Of a stretch of DNA of 64,000 nt, positions 37,294-46,565 are shown in pieces. The notes under the pieces are model-generated. The model made no database searches, was not told where the DNA came from, and saw only the letters and a list, made by a program, of their open reading frames with translations. The DNA lies in NCBI GenBank assembly GCA_963841435.1, contig CAWJCS010000005.1, positions 1,664,001 through 1,728,000 on the forward strand, read 5' to 3'. Within the stretch, counting starts at the first letter, position 1. Every line of letters starts with the position of its first letter. The position numbers were made by a program, and so were the translations under genes. This DNA is from an uncultured delta proteobacterium (GTDB lineage: Bacteria > Myxococcota_A > Polyangia > Polyangiales > Polyangiaceae).

Positions 37294-38502
37294 ATGCTGC
37301 CGTGGATCGGAGCCGCGCTCTGTGCGGCTTTTTCGGCTGGCGGCGCCCGCTCCGCACCCCCGCGTGACGCTTCCGCCCCCGCGCCTTTCGATCCCGCGCT
37401 AGAAGCAGCGCCCGTCATCGCCTCGGCGCTCGCCGCCGCGGCCGCGCCCGAAAAGGCGGGCGGCACCGTCCCGGTACCGGTCGGTCGTGTCAACGGAAAG
37501 GACGCCACGCTGTTCACGCTCACGAATGCTCACGGCCTCCGAGTTTCGGTCACCGAATACGGGACCATCATCACCGAGCTTCACGTTCCCGATCGCTCGG
37601 GCAAGCTCGCTGACATCGTGCTCGGCTTCGCGAGCGTCGCCGAGTACGACGAGCGGAGCCCGTACTTTGGCGCGACCGTGGGGCGCGTCGCAAACCGCAT
37701 CCGGAGCGCCCAGTTCGAGCTCGACGGCAAGCGCTATGACCTCGCTCGGAACGACGGGCCGCACCACCTGCACGGTGGGCCCAAGGGCTGGGACAAGGTC
37801 GTCTGGGAAGCAAAGCCCATGGAAACGCCGGACGGCCCGGCGATCCAATTCACCTACGTCTCGCCAGACGGCGAAGAGGGCTACCCGGGCACGGTCACGG
37901 CCAAGACCAAGTACACACTGACGAACCGTGACGAGCTCTACGTCGAGATGCTGGCGACGACCGACGAGACGACGCTCGTGAACATGGCCCACCACGGCTA
38001 CTGGAACCTCGGAGGCGTCGGGTCGGGCCCGATCACCGATCACGAGCTCACGTTGTTTGCCGACCAGTACACGCCGGGCGACCCGATGGTGCCGACGGGT
38101 GCCATCGAGCTGGTCAAGGGCACGCCCTTCGACTTTACGAAAGCCAAGCCCATCGGTCGCGACCTCGAGGCGGCTGGCGGAAGCCCCGTGGGCTACGATC
38201 ACAACTTCGTCGTGCGCGGCGAGCCGAGCGCGCTCCGCCCCGTTGCTCGCGTGAAGGATCCGAAGTCGGGCCGCGTGATGACGCTCGAGGCCGACCAGCC
38301 CGGCGTGCAGTTTTATTCGGGTAACTTCCTGGACGGCACGCTCGCGGGCAAGGGTGTTTCGTACGGCAAGCACACCGGGTTTTGCCTCGAGACCCAGAAG
38401 TTTCCGAACGCCATCAACGTCCCTTCGTGGCGTGACCAGATGATCCTCGAACCGGGCGAGACGTACTCGCACACCATGATTCATCGTTTCAGCGTGGAGT
38501 GA
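37294..38502 (+). CDS. galM: Aldose 1-epimerase (mutarotase), exported; paralogue of 30284-31516
   Basis: Signal-like N-terminus; GRVANRI, HLHGG, GEEGYPG, HHGYWNL, YDHNF, FCLETQ. Confidence 0.9.
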   Translation: MLPWIGAALCAAFSAGGARSAPPRDASAPAPFDPALEAAPVIASALAAAAAPEKAGGTVPVPVGRVNGKDATLFTLTNAHGLRVSVTEYGTIITELHVPDRSGKLADIVLGFASVAEYDERSPYFGATVGRVANRIRSAQFELDGKRYDLARNDGPHHLHGGPKGWDKVVWEAKPMETPDGPAIQFTYVSPDGEEGYPGTVTAKTKYTLTNRDELYVEMLATTDETTLVNMAHHGYWNLGGVGSGPITDHELTLFADQYTPGDPMVPTGAIELVKGTPFDFTKAKPIGRDLEAAGGSPVGYDHNFVVRGEPSALRPVARVKDPKSGRVMTLEADQPGVQFYSGNFLDGTLAGKGVSYGKHTGFCLETQKFPNAINVPSWRDQMILEPGETYSHTMIHRFSVE

Positions 38503-39524
38503 ACAACATGGCCGATATGCTCGAGTGGGGAGTGATTGGGACGGGAGGAATCGCCGGGGACTTCGCCGAGGCGCTCGGTCGTTCGAAGCGCTGCCGCGTC
38601 GTCAACGTGTGCGGGTCCTCCCCGGAGAAGGCGCGCGGCTTCGCGGAAAAGTTCGGCGTCGCGAACGCCGCGCCGTCACTCGACGCCATGCTCGCCGACC
38701 CGCGCGTGCAGGCGGTCTACGTGGCGACGCCGCACCCGGCACACGAGGCGCAGGCCATCGCGTGCATCGAGGCGGGCAAGCACGTGTTGTGTGAAAAGCC
38801 CATGACGATGGACGCCGTCGGCGCCGAGCGAGTCGTGGCAGCGGCGCGGAAGAAGAACGTCTTCTTGATGGAGGCGTACATGTACCGCTGCCACCCGCTC
38901 TTGCGCGAGATCATCGCCCGGCTGGAGGGTGGCGCCATCGGCGCGATCCAGCACGTGCGCGCGGACTTCTCCTTTCGCGTGCCGCGCAATCCCAAGGGGC
39001 GTCTGTTCGACCTCGCGCTCGGCGGTGGGGCCGTCCTCGACGTCGGCGGGTACCCGATGTCGTTCGCTCGCCTCGTGGCCGGCATGGTCGAGGGCAAGCG
39101 CTTCGCCGAGCCGACGCAGCTCCACGCCGTGGGCTTTCTCGGGCCCACGGGCGCCGACGAGATCACGACGGCGACGCTCCGTTTTGCGTCGGGTTTCACG
39201 GCCGTCGTGAGCTGCGCCGTGCATCAGGAGCTCGGGCGGCGAGTTTCGGTGTGTGGGGAGCTCGGGCGCCTCGAAGTCGAGGATCCTTGGATCCCAGGTG
39301 GCGACCGACAGGGCCGCACGACGAGCTTCACGCTGCACGTCGAGGGGCGCCCCGCCGAAAATGTGCAAATCTCAACGGAGTCGGCAACTTATGCTATCGA
39401 AGCCGAGCTCGTGGCCGCCACGCTGCCGGGTGTGGAAGCTGCATTCCCGGCAATGACTTGGGCTGACACGATCGGTAACATGCGCGCGCTCGACGCCTGG
39501 CGCGCGGCGCTCGCCGCCAAGTAG
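38499..39524 (+). CDS. Gfo/Idh/MocA family oxidoreductase (putative sugar dehydrogenase)
   Basis: WGVIGTGGIA, VYVATPHPAH, HVLCEKP, GGGAVLDVGGYP. Confidence 0.92.
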   Translation: MNNMADMLEWGVIGTGGIAGDFAEALGRSKRCRVVNVCGSSPEKARGFAEKFGVANAAPSLDAMLADPRVQAVYVATPHPAHEAQAIACIEAGKHVLCEKPMTMDAVGAERVVAAARKKNVFLMEAYMYRCHPLLREIIARLEGGAIGAIQHVRADFSFRVPRNPKGRLFDLALGGGAVLDVGGYPMSFARLVAGMVEGKRFAEPTQLHAVGFLGPTGADEITTATLRFASGFTAVVSCAVHQELGRRVSVCGELGRLEVEDPWIPGGDRQGRTTSFTLHVEGRPAENVQISTESATYAIEAELVAATLPGVEAAFPAMTWADTIGNMRALDAWRAALAAK

Positions 39525-39550
39525 AGTCACCACCAACGAGGAGATCCGCT

Positions 39551-40567
39551 GTGACGATTTCGACCAAAAAGCGCGCCTTCATGCTCTGGTGCGGAGCAAC
39601 GTTCGCCTGCGCCCTCGCAGGCTGCAGCAAGAGTGAACCCGCGGGGACGGCTGCCGCCACCGGTAGTGCCGCCGAAGCCCCCGCCCAGAAAGTGTTGAAG
39701 TTCGCGTTCGTGACGAACAACGCGAGCGAGTTCTGGAAGATCGCCCAAGCCGGCGTCAGGAAGTTCGAGCACGAGAGCAAGGTGCAGGTCGACGTGAAGA
39801 TGCCGTCGAACGGCACGACCGAGGAGCAGAACCAGATCCTCGAGAACCTCGCGAGCCAGGGCTACGACGGCATCGCCGTCAGCGCGATCGCTCCGAACGA
39901 TCAGGTGCCCGTGCTCAACAGGGTGGCTGCCAAGACCAAGCTCATCACCTTCGACTCGGACGCGCCGAAGTCGAACCGCCTGCTTTACATCGGCACCAAC
40001 AACTACGAGGCCGGCAAGGCGCTCGGCGGCGAGATCGTGAAAATGCTGCCGAACGGTGGGAAAATGGCGGTCTTCGTCGGTACGCTGTCGGCAGACAACG
40101 CGGCGCAGCGGCTCAAGGGCATCGTCGATGTCGTGACCCCGGCGAAGATCGAGATCGTCGACAAGCGCGAGGACAACACGGACCGCGCGAAGGCGCGCTC
40201 GAACGTCGAGGACATCCTCAACGCCCACAAGGATCTCGACCTCGTGGCCGGCCTCTGGTCGTACAACGGACCCGCGATCGCGGCGGCCGTCGACGCCCTC
40301 GGAAAGAAGGGCAAGGTTCGCGCGGCGGTGTTCGACGAGGAGGACGGGACGCTCACCGGCATCCAGAACGACATCGTCGATTGCACGGTCGTTCAGAAGC
40401 CGTTTCAGTTCGGTTACCTCGCGAGCAAGTGGATGTACGACCTCGCGACGGACCCCGGAGCCATGGCGAAGATCCCGGCCGACAAGGCCATCGACACGGG
40501 CGTCGAAGTGATCAACAAGGCGAACGTGGCTGACTTCAAGCAGAAGCTCGCCGAAATGAAGAAGTGA
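39551..40567 (+). CDS. Monosaccharide ABC transporter substrate-binding lipoprotein
   Basis: LAGC lipobox; FVTNNASEFW, ITFDSDAP, YIGTNNY, VVQKPFQFGY. Confidence 0.92.
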   Translation: MTISTKKRAFMLWCGATFACALAGCSKSEPAGTAAATGSAAEAPAQKVLKFAFVTNNASEFWKIAQAGVRKFEHESKVQVDVKMPSNGTTEEQNQILENLASQGYDGIAVSAIAPNDQVPVLNRVAAKTKLITFDSDAPKSNRLLYIGTNNYEAGKALGGEIVKMLPNGGKMAVFVGTLSADNAAQRLKGIVDVVTPAKIEIVDKREDNTDRAKARSNVEDILNAHKDLDLVAGLWSYNGPAIAAAVDALGKKGKVRAAVFDEEDGTLTGIQNDIVDCTVVQKPFQFGYLASKWMYDLATDPGAMAKIPADKAIDTGVEVINKANVADFKQKLAEMKK

Positions 40568-40568
40568 G

Positions 40569-42090
40569 TTGAGCGACAGGTCCGCCCCGCTGCTCGAAAT
40601 GAGCGCGATCACCAAGCGCTTTCCCGGTGTGATCGCGCTCCGGGGGGTGAAGCTCACCCTCTCGGCGGGAGAGGTGTTGGCGCTGATGGGCGAGAACGGC
40701 GCCGGCAAGAGCACGCTGATGAAGATCCTCGGCGGCGCGCAGCTGCCGGACGAAGGGACGATCACCCTCGACGGCAAGGCCGTCGTGCTCGACAGCGTGA
40801 GGGAGGCCAAGCGTCTCGGTATCGCGCTGATTCATCAGGAGCTGATGCTGGCGCCGAATCTCGACATCACGGCCAACATCTTCCTCGGCGGCGAGCGAGC
40901 GCGCCTCTTCGCGCCCGTGCCGCGCCCCACGCTCCGCGCCGAGGCCCGTCGCCTGCTCGAGCGCGTGGGCCTCGACCGCCCGCCCGCGACGCCCGTGTCG
41001 AGTCTGACGGCGGGCCAGATGCAGATGGTGGAGATCGCGAAGGCGCTCGCCCTGAACGCCCGCATCATCATCATGGACGAGCCGACGTCGTCCTTGACGT
41101 CCGGCGAATCGGAGCATCTTTTCCGCATCATTCGCCAACTTCGGGCCGACGGAATCGGCATCATCTACATCTCGCACCGGATGGAAGAGGTGCTCGAGCT
41201 CGCCGATCGCATCACCGTGATGCGCGACGGGCGCTACGTGGGCGACGTCGTGCGTGCCGAGGCGACGCACGACAAGATCGTCGCGATGATGGTGGGCCGC
41301 GAGCTCAGCGGGCAGTACTTCCCGGCTCGTTCGGAGCGCCCCGAGGGCGAGGTCCTCCTGAGCGTCAAGAACGTGATTGTCCCGGGGGCGCCGGTCGGCG
41401 TGAGCTTCGAGGCGCGGCGCGGCGAGATCTCTGGGCTTCGCCGGGCTCGTCGGCGCGGGGCGCACCGAGCTCATGCAGACGATCTTCGGCGTGACGCCCG
41501 CGCTCGGTGGCACGATGACGCTCGAGGGGAAGCCCTACGCCCCGAAGAGCGCGCGCGACGCCATCCGGCGGGGGGTGCTGCTCGCGCCCGAGGATCGCAA
41601 GCGCCACGGGCTCGTCTTGCCCATGAACATCGCCCAGAATACGTCGCTCCCCGCGATCTCGACCTACGCGCGGTTCGGCTGGCTCGACCGCAAGACCGAG
41701 GCTCGGGTTGCCGAGGCCGAGATCAAGCGCCTGCGCACCAAGACGTTCGGCATCACGCAGCGGGTGGTGAACCTTTCGGGAGGCAACCAGCAGAAGGTGG
41801 TGCTCGGCAAGTGGCTCGCCATGCAGCCGAAGATCCTGATCTTGGACGAGCCGACGCGGGGTATCGACGTGGGGGCCAAGGCCGAAATCTACCGACACAT
41901 GGCCACGCTCGCCGAGGAAGGCATCACCATCATCATGGTGAGCTCCGACATGGAGGAAGTCCTCGGCATGAGCGAGCGTGTGGTCGTGATGCACGAGCGA
42001 CACGTGCGAGGCGCCCTGCCGCGCGCGGGTCTGACGCAGGAGCGGATCGCGATGTTGATGACTGGTGGTCAGAAGGGTGCAGCAGCATGA
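40569..42090 (+). CDS. Sugar ABC transporter ATP-binding protein (RbsA/MglA-type, two ABC domains; apparent +1 frameshift near 41430)
   Basis: GENGAGKST, MDEPTSSL, YISHRMEE. Removing T41430 restores GEILGFAGLVGAGRTE and continues into PEDRK...LSGGNQQK...LDEPTRGIDVGAK. Confidence 0.9.
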
Positions 42091-43181
42091 GACGAGAGCT
42101 CGGCATGAGCGTGGCGCTCGTCCTGATGTGTTTCGCGCTCTGGGTTTCCAACCCCGATTTTCTGGGACAATCGAACGCAATCAACACGGTCCGACAGATC
42201 TCGATGCTCGGCACCTTTGCCATCGGCATCGGCTTCGTGATCATCACGGGCGGCATCGACCTGTCGATCGGCTCGCTGATCGGCCTCACGGGCGTGGTCA
42301 TCGCCAAGCTGTCGTCGCCGGGGCTCGGCGGTCTGCACTACTCGCTCTGGGTCGGCATTCCCGTCGCGCTGGCCATCACGACGACCGTCGGGCTCATCCA
42401 GGGCCTCTTGATCACGCGCCTCAGGCTCCAGCCGTTCATCGTGACGCTGGGAGGCATGCTGCTCATCCGCGGCGTGTCGCAGACCATCGCCGAGGGCGGC
42501 ACGCTGAGCCTCGCCGGCTCGCCCTTGCTCGATCTCGCGAACGGCGGCTATGCGAAGATCGGCGGCTATCCGCTGATTCCGTACCCGTTCGTCATCTTTC
42601 TGGCGGTGGCAGGTGTCGCCACCTACGTGCTCCATTTCACCGTGTACGGCCGCTACGTTTACGCCATCGGCGGCAACCGCGACGCGGCGGAGTACTCCGG
42701 CATCAACGTGCGGCGCATCGAGGCGAGCACGTACGTCATTTCGGCCGCAACGGCCGGCATCGCGGGTGTCTGCTACGCGGCGTACATCGGGCAGATGTCG
42801 CAGCAGGTCGGCGTGGCCTACGAGCTTTACGCCATCGCGGCGGCCGTGCTCGGCGGCTGCTCGCTGCGCGGTGGCGAGGGCACGGTGCTCGGCATCGTCA
42901 TCGGTTCGGCCGTGATGCGCGTCATCGATAACGGCATCAACATGTTCCAGCTCCAGTACCAGGACCAGGACCGCATCGCCCGCATCTGGCGCCTCGATCC
43001 GAACTGGACGTACGTGATCATCGGCGGTGTGATCCTCGCGGCCGTGATCCTCGACCAGACGGTGCACCTCGTGCAGGAACGGAGGCGGATCCGTGCTGCG
43101 GGGGCAGAAGCAGCAGCGGCCGCCAGCGCTCCACCGCCGGCCACACCCGGCCCCGAGGCGCCGAGCGCCGGCGCGTCGTAG
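42087..43181 (+). CDS. Sugar ABC transporter permease (RbsC-type)
   Basis: ATGA overlap; IITGGIDLSIGS, PFIVTLG, YAIGGN..AA..SGI, YELYAIAAAVLGG.SL.GG.G. Confidence 0.92.
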   Translation: MRRELGMSVALVLMCFALWVSNPDFLGQSNAINTVRQISMLGTFAIGIGFVIITGGIDLSIGSLIGLTGVVIAKLSSPGLGGLHYSLWVGIPVALAITTTVGLIQGLLITRLRLQPFIVTLGGMLLIRGVSQTIAEGGTLSLAGSPLLDLANGGYAKIGGYPLIPYPFVIFLAVAGVATYVLHFTVYGRYVYAIGGNRDAAEYSGINVRRIEASTYVISAATAGIAGVCYAAYIGQMSQQVGVAYELYAIAAAVLGGCSLRGGEGTVLGIVIGSAVMRVIDNGINMFQLQYQDQDRIARIWRLDPNWTYVIIGGVILAAVILDQTVHLVQERRRIRAAGAEAAAAASAPPPATPGPEAPSAGAS

Positions 43182-43248
43182 CGACGGCCGGGCGGTCACC
43201 TGAGGGCGGCGCGCGCCGGTCACGCCCTTCTGCTGCCGCTCGGCTCGC

Positions 43249-44241
43249 TCAGCCGGGATACCAGATCTTGCGTGGATCGTCGGGCGCGCGCCGGTAGTCG
43301 AAGGCCGCGTCCGTCATCTTCGCGAGGTCGTACTCGGGACGAAAGCCGAGCAGGAACTTCGCCTTGGCGTTGTCGAGCCAGGTGGACTGGTAGGGGGTCT
43401 GGATGGGCACGCTCGGCAGGCCGCGTGTGCGCTCGAGATAGGCGGCGAGCTCGCCGTAGTCGACGGGCTCGTTCATGCAGATATTGAAGGTTTGCTGGCG
43501 GGCCTTCGGCTCCTCGAGCGCGAGGAGCAGCGCGCTCACGAGGTCGTCGACGTGCACGAAGTTGCGCTTCACGGGTTTGCCGTCGGCACCGAGCATCAGC
43601 GGAACGGCGCCGCTTTTCTGGTATTCGGTCGCCTTCTCGGCGCCGACGAGGTCGCGCCAGCGCGGGCCGCCGAACACGTCGTCGCCGAACGAGAGCTGGT
43701 AGCGAAAGTCGTCCTTTTCCATGATCCACGGCGCCCGGAGGCAAGCGCCGTCGAGGTCGTACTGCACGTAGTACTGCTCGAGCATCACTTCCTCGAGCAC
43801 CTTGGAAAGCGCGTAGCAGCCGGGATACGCGCTGTGCTTCTGCGTCTCGGTGACGGGGATGGGGTGCGGATAGAAGAAGTGGCCCATGCCGGCGTCGCCG
43901 CCCACGAGCAGGAAGCGCTTCAGCGTCTTGCTCTCTCGCGCCGCCTCGAGCAGCCAGAACATTCCCTTCACGGCGACGTCCATGATGGCGTCCGGCGTCT
44001 CTTTGCAGGTGGCAAGGTGCAGCACGTGGCTGACGCCGTCGAGCGCCTGATCGACGACGGAGCGGTGCTCGATCGACCCCTTGACCACGTCGAGGCGCGC
44101 ATGCGTGGCGAGCGTGCGGTGGTGACAGAGGGCGCGCACGGCGTAGCCCTCGAAGCGCGGATCCGCGAGCAGACGCGTGATGAACGCCTGACCGACCTTG
44201 CCCGTGGCGCCCGTGACGAGAATGCGTGCCTTGCCAGCCAT
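43249..44241 (-). CDS. NAD-dependent epimerase/dehydratase (extended SDR)
   Basis: ILVTGATGKVG, YALSK, RNFVHVDDL. Confidence 0.88.
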   Translation of the reverse strand: MAGKARILVTGATGKVGQAFITRLLADPRFEGYAVRALCHHRTLATHARLDVVKGSIEHRSVVDQALDGVSHVLHLATCKETPDAIMDVAVKGMFWLLEAARESKTLKRFLLVGGDAGMGHFFYPHPIPVTETQKHSAYPGCYALSKVLEEVMLEQYYVQYDLDGACLRAPWIMEKDDFRYQLSFGDDVFGGPRWRDLVGAEKATEYQKSGAVPLMLGADGKPVKRNFVHVDDLVSALLLALEEPKARQQTFNICMNEPVDYGELAAYLERTRGLPSVPIQTPYQSTWLDNAKAKFLLGFRPEYDLAKMTDAAFDYRRAPDDPRKIWYPG

Positions 44242-44341
44242 ATCGTGGTTTCCGGAGCGTAGCCTTGGGGGGACCTCGGGCTCAAGTCGCGCGTGACCCG
44301 CCGTGCTTGCCGGTGAAGCAGGACGGAACTAGCGTCGCGCC

Positions 44342-45520
44342 ATGCGCGTCGCCCGCCGGCACCTCTTCGTCGCCCTCGGTTTTTTGGCCCTCGGCATGCT
44401 GGGCGCCTGCAAGAAATCGGGGGGCTCCGGCACGGGGCCGGCGGCCTCTGGCGCCGCCGAAGCGAGCGAGATCGTCGTCGGGCACTACGCTTCGATGACG
44501 GGGAACACCGCGCATTTCGGCCAGGACACCGACAAGGCCGTCCGCCTCGCCGCCGAGGAGGCGAACGCCACGGGCGGGGTGATTGGCAAGAAGGTGCGCG
44601 TGGTCACGTTCGACGATCGGGGCGATTCGGCGGAAGCGGCCAACGCCGTCTCGAGACTGATCGACGTCGAGCACGTGACGGCCGTGCTCGGTGAGGTGGC
44701 CTCGAGTCTCTCGCTCGCGGGCGGTCGCGTCGCGCAGCGCCGAAAGGTGCCGATGATCTCGCCGTCCTCGACGAATCCGAAGGTGACCGAGGTCGGCGAC
44801 TACATCTTCCGCGTGTGCTTTCTGGATCCGTTCCAGGGGCGCGTGATGGCGACGTTCGCGAAGAACACCTTGAAGCTCGACACCGTGGCGATCCTGAAGG
44901 ACGTGAAGAACGACTACTCGATCGGTCTCGCCGAGGCGTTCAAGACCGCCTTCGAGAAGCTCGGAGGGACGATCGCCGTCGAGCAGTCGTATTCTGCGGG
45001 CGACACCGATTTCAGCGCGCAAGTCACCGCCATCAAGGGCACGAAGGCCCGGGCGCTCTACGTGCCGGGCTACTACTCGGAGGTCGGCGCCATCGCCCGT
45101 ACGGCGCAGCGGCTCGGTCTCAAGGTGCCGCTCATGGGCGGCGACGGCTGGGACGCGCCCGACCTCTTCAAAATCGCGGGCGACGCCCTCGACGGCTCGT
45201 ACTTTTCGAATCACTTCGCGCCCGACGCGGCCACGCCCAAAGCGAAGAAGTTCGTCGCCGACTTCTCCAAAAAATACGGCCAGCCGCCGACCGGGCTCGG
45301 CGCCCTCGGCTACGACGCGGCCGCCGTGCTGTTCGACGCCATCAAGCGCGCGGGCAAGCTCGACCATGCCGCCGTGCGAGACGCCATCGCCGCGACCAAG
45401 AACTTCGAAGGCGTTTCGGGCACGATCACCATCGACAAGGACCGCAATGCCGAAAAGAGCGCCGTCATCATCAAGATCGTGAACGGCGAAGGTAAATACG
45501 AGTCGACCGTGGCGCCCTGA
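44342..45520 (+). CDS. livK: Branched-chain amino acid ABC transporter substrate-binding lipoprotein (LivJ/LivK family)
   Basis: LGAC lipobox; STNPKVT, FRVCFLDPFQG, DFSAQVT, GGDGW. Confidence 0.88.
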   Translation: MRVARRHLFVALGFLALGMLGACKKSGGSGTGPAASGAAEASEIVVGHYASMTGNTAHFGQDTDKAVRLAAEEANATGGVIGKKVRVVTFDDRGDSAEAANAVSRLIDVEHVTAVLGEVASSLSLAGGRVAQRRKVPMISPSSTNPKVTEVGDYIFRVCFLDPFQGRVMATFAKNTLKLDTVAILKDVKNDYSIGLAEAFKTAFEKLGGTIAVEQSYSAGDTDFSAQVTAIKGTKARALYVPGYYSEVGAIARTAQRLGLKVPLMGGDGWDAPDLFKIAGDALDGSYFSNHFAPDAATPKAKKFVADFSKKYGQPPTGLGALGYDAAAVLFDAIKRAGKLDHAAVRDAIAATKNFEGVSGTITIDKDRNAEKSAVIIKIVNGEGKYESTVAP

Positions 45521-45555
45521 GCGCGTCGTAGCCCCAGGCGCCCCGAGTTCGATCC

Positions 45556-46473
45556 GTGAGCGAGCTAGTCCAGCAGATCATCAACGGCCTCTCGCTCGGG
45601 TCGATCTACGCGCTCATCGCGCTCGGCTATACGATGGTCTACGGCATCCTCAAGCTCATCAACTTCGCGCACGGCGAGGTCTTCATGATGGGCGCGTACG
45701 CCGGCTACTTTTCGGCCGTTTCGCTGGGCGTGGAGCACTACGAGGCGTCGGGCGAGGGGTTTCCGTTGCCGCTCGCGCTTCTCGTGCTGGTCATCGCGAT
45801 GGCGGCGTCTGCCCTGCTCGGCGTGACGATCGAGGCGCTCGCCTATCGCCCCGTGCGCTCGGCCCCGCGCCTCACGCCACTCATCACGGCCATCGGCGTC
45901 AGCCTCTTCCTGCAGAACGCGGGCATGCTCGCGTTTACACCCGACCCGCGCCGCTACCCCGCGATCTTGCGCGAGGTCCGCTACGAGGTCGGCGGCGTGA
46001 TCCTCACGAACGTGAAGCTCACGATCTTCGTCGTGGCGGTGGGGCTGATGTTCGGCTTGCACCTTTTCGTGCAGCGGACCTGGACGGGGCGCGCGATGCG
46101 CGCGGTCTCGATGAATCTCGACGCGGCGCGCCTCATGGGCATCGACGTGAACCGCGTGATTCGCGCGACGTTTGCGCTCGGTTCGGCGCTCGCCGCGGCC
46201 GCGGGCATCCTGTTCGGTCTCGACCAGGTGCTCATCAACCCGCTGATGGGCGTGCTCACGGGTCTCAAGGCGTTCGTGGCCGCCGTCCTGGGCGGAATTG
46301 GAAACATCCCCGGCGCCGTGCTCGGCGGCATGTTGATTGGGCTCGCCGAGCAGCTCACGGCCGGCTACCTGTCGCCGGACTACCGCGACGCGATTACCTT
46401 CCTGATTCTCATCGTGATCTTGGTGCTAAAGCCCGAGGGGCTCATGGGTGTCGTGCGGCAAGAGAAGGTTTGA
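45556..46473 (+). CDS. livH: Branched-chain amino acid ABC permease
   Basis: QQIINGLSLGSIYALIALGYTMVYGILKLINFAHG; KAFVAAVLGGIG. Confidence 0.95.
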   Translation: MSELVQQIINGLSLGSIYALIALGYTMVYGILKLINFAHGEVFMMGAYAGYFSAVSLGVEHYEASGEGFPLPLALLVLVIAMAASALLGVTIEALAYRPVRSAPRLTPLITAIGVSLFLQNAGMLAFTPDPRRYPAILREVRYEVGGVILTNVKLTIFVVAVGLMFGLHLFVQRTWTGRAMRAVSMNLDAARLMGIDVNRVIRATFALGSALAAAAGILFGLDQVLINPLMGVLTGLKAFVAAVLGGIGNIPGAVLGGMLIGLAEQLTAGYLSPDYRDAITFLILIVILVLKPEGLMGVVRQEKV

Positions 46474-46565
46474 GCGACATCGCCACGCCGTGGGATCACG
46501 GCGCGGAATGTGGCTGAACTGTCGATTCGAACGGGGCTATAGTCGGGGGAAGGACACGATGCTAT

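Noticed and set aside
40569-43181. 870-aa ABC ATPase-permease fusion in the ORF track
   Set aside because: Artefact of the +1 indel at about 41430. The middle section is out-of-frame nonsense, while the proper second ABC domain is in another frame and the permease has its own ATG at 42087.
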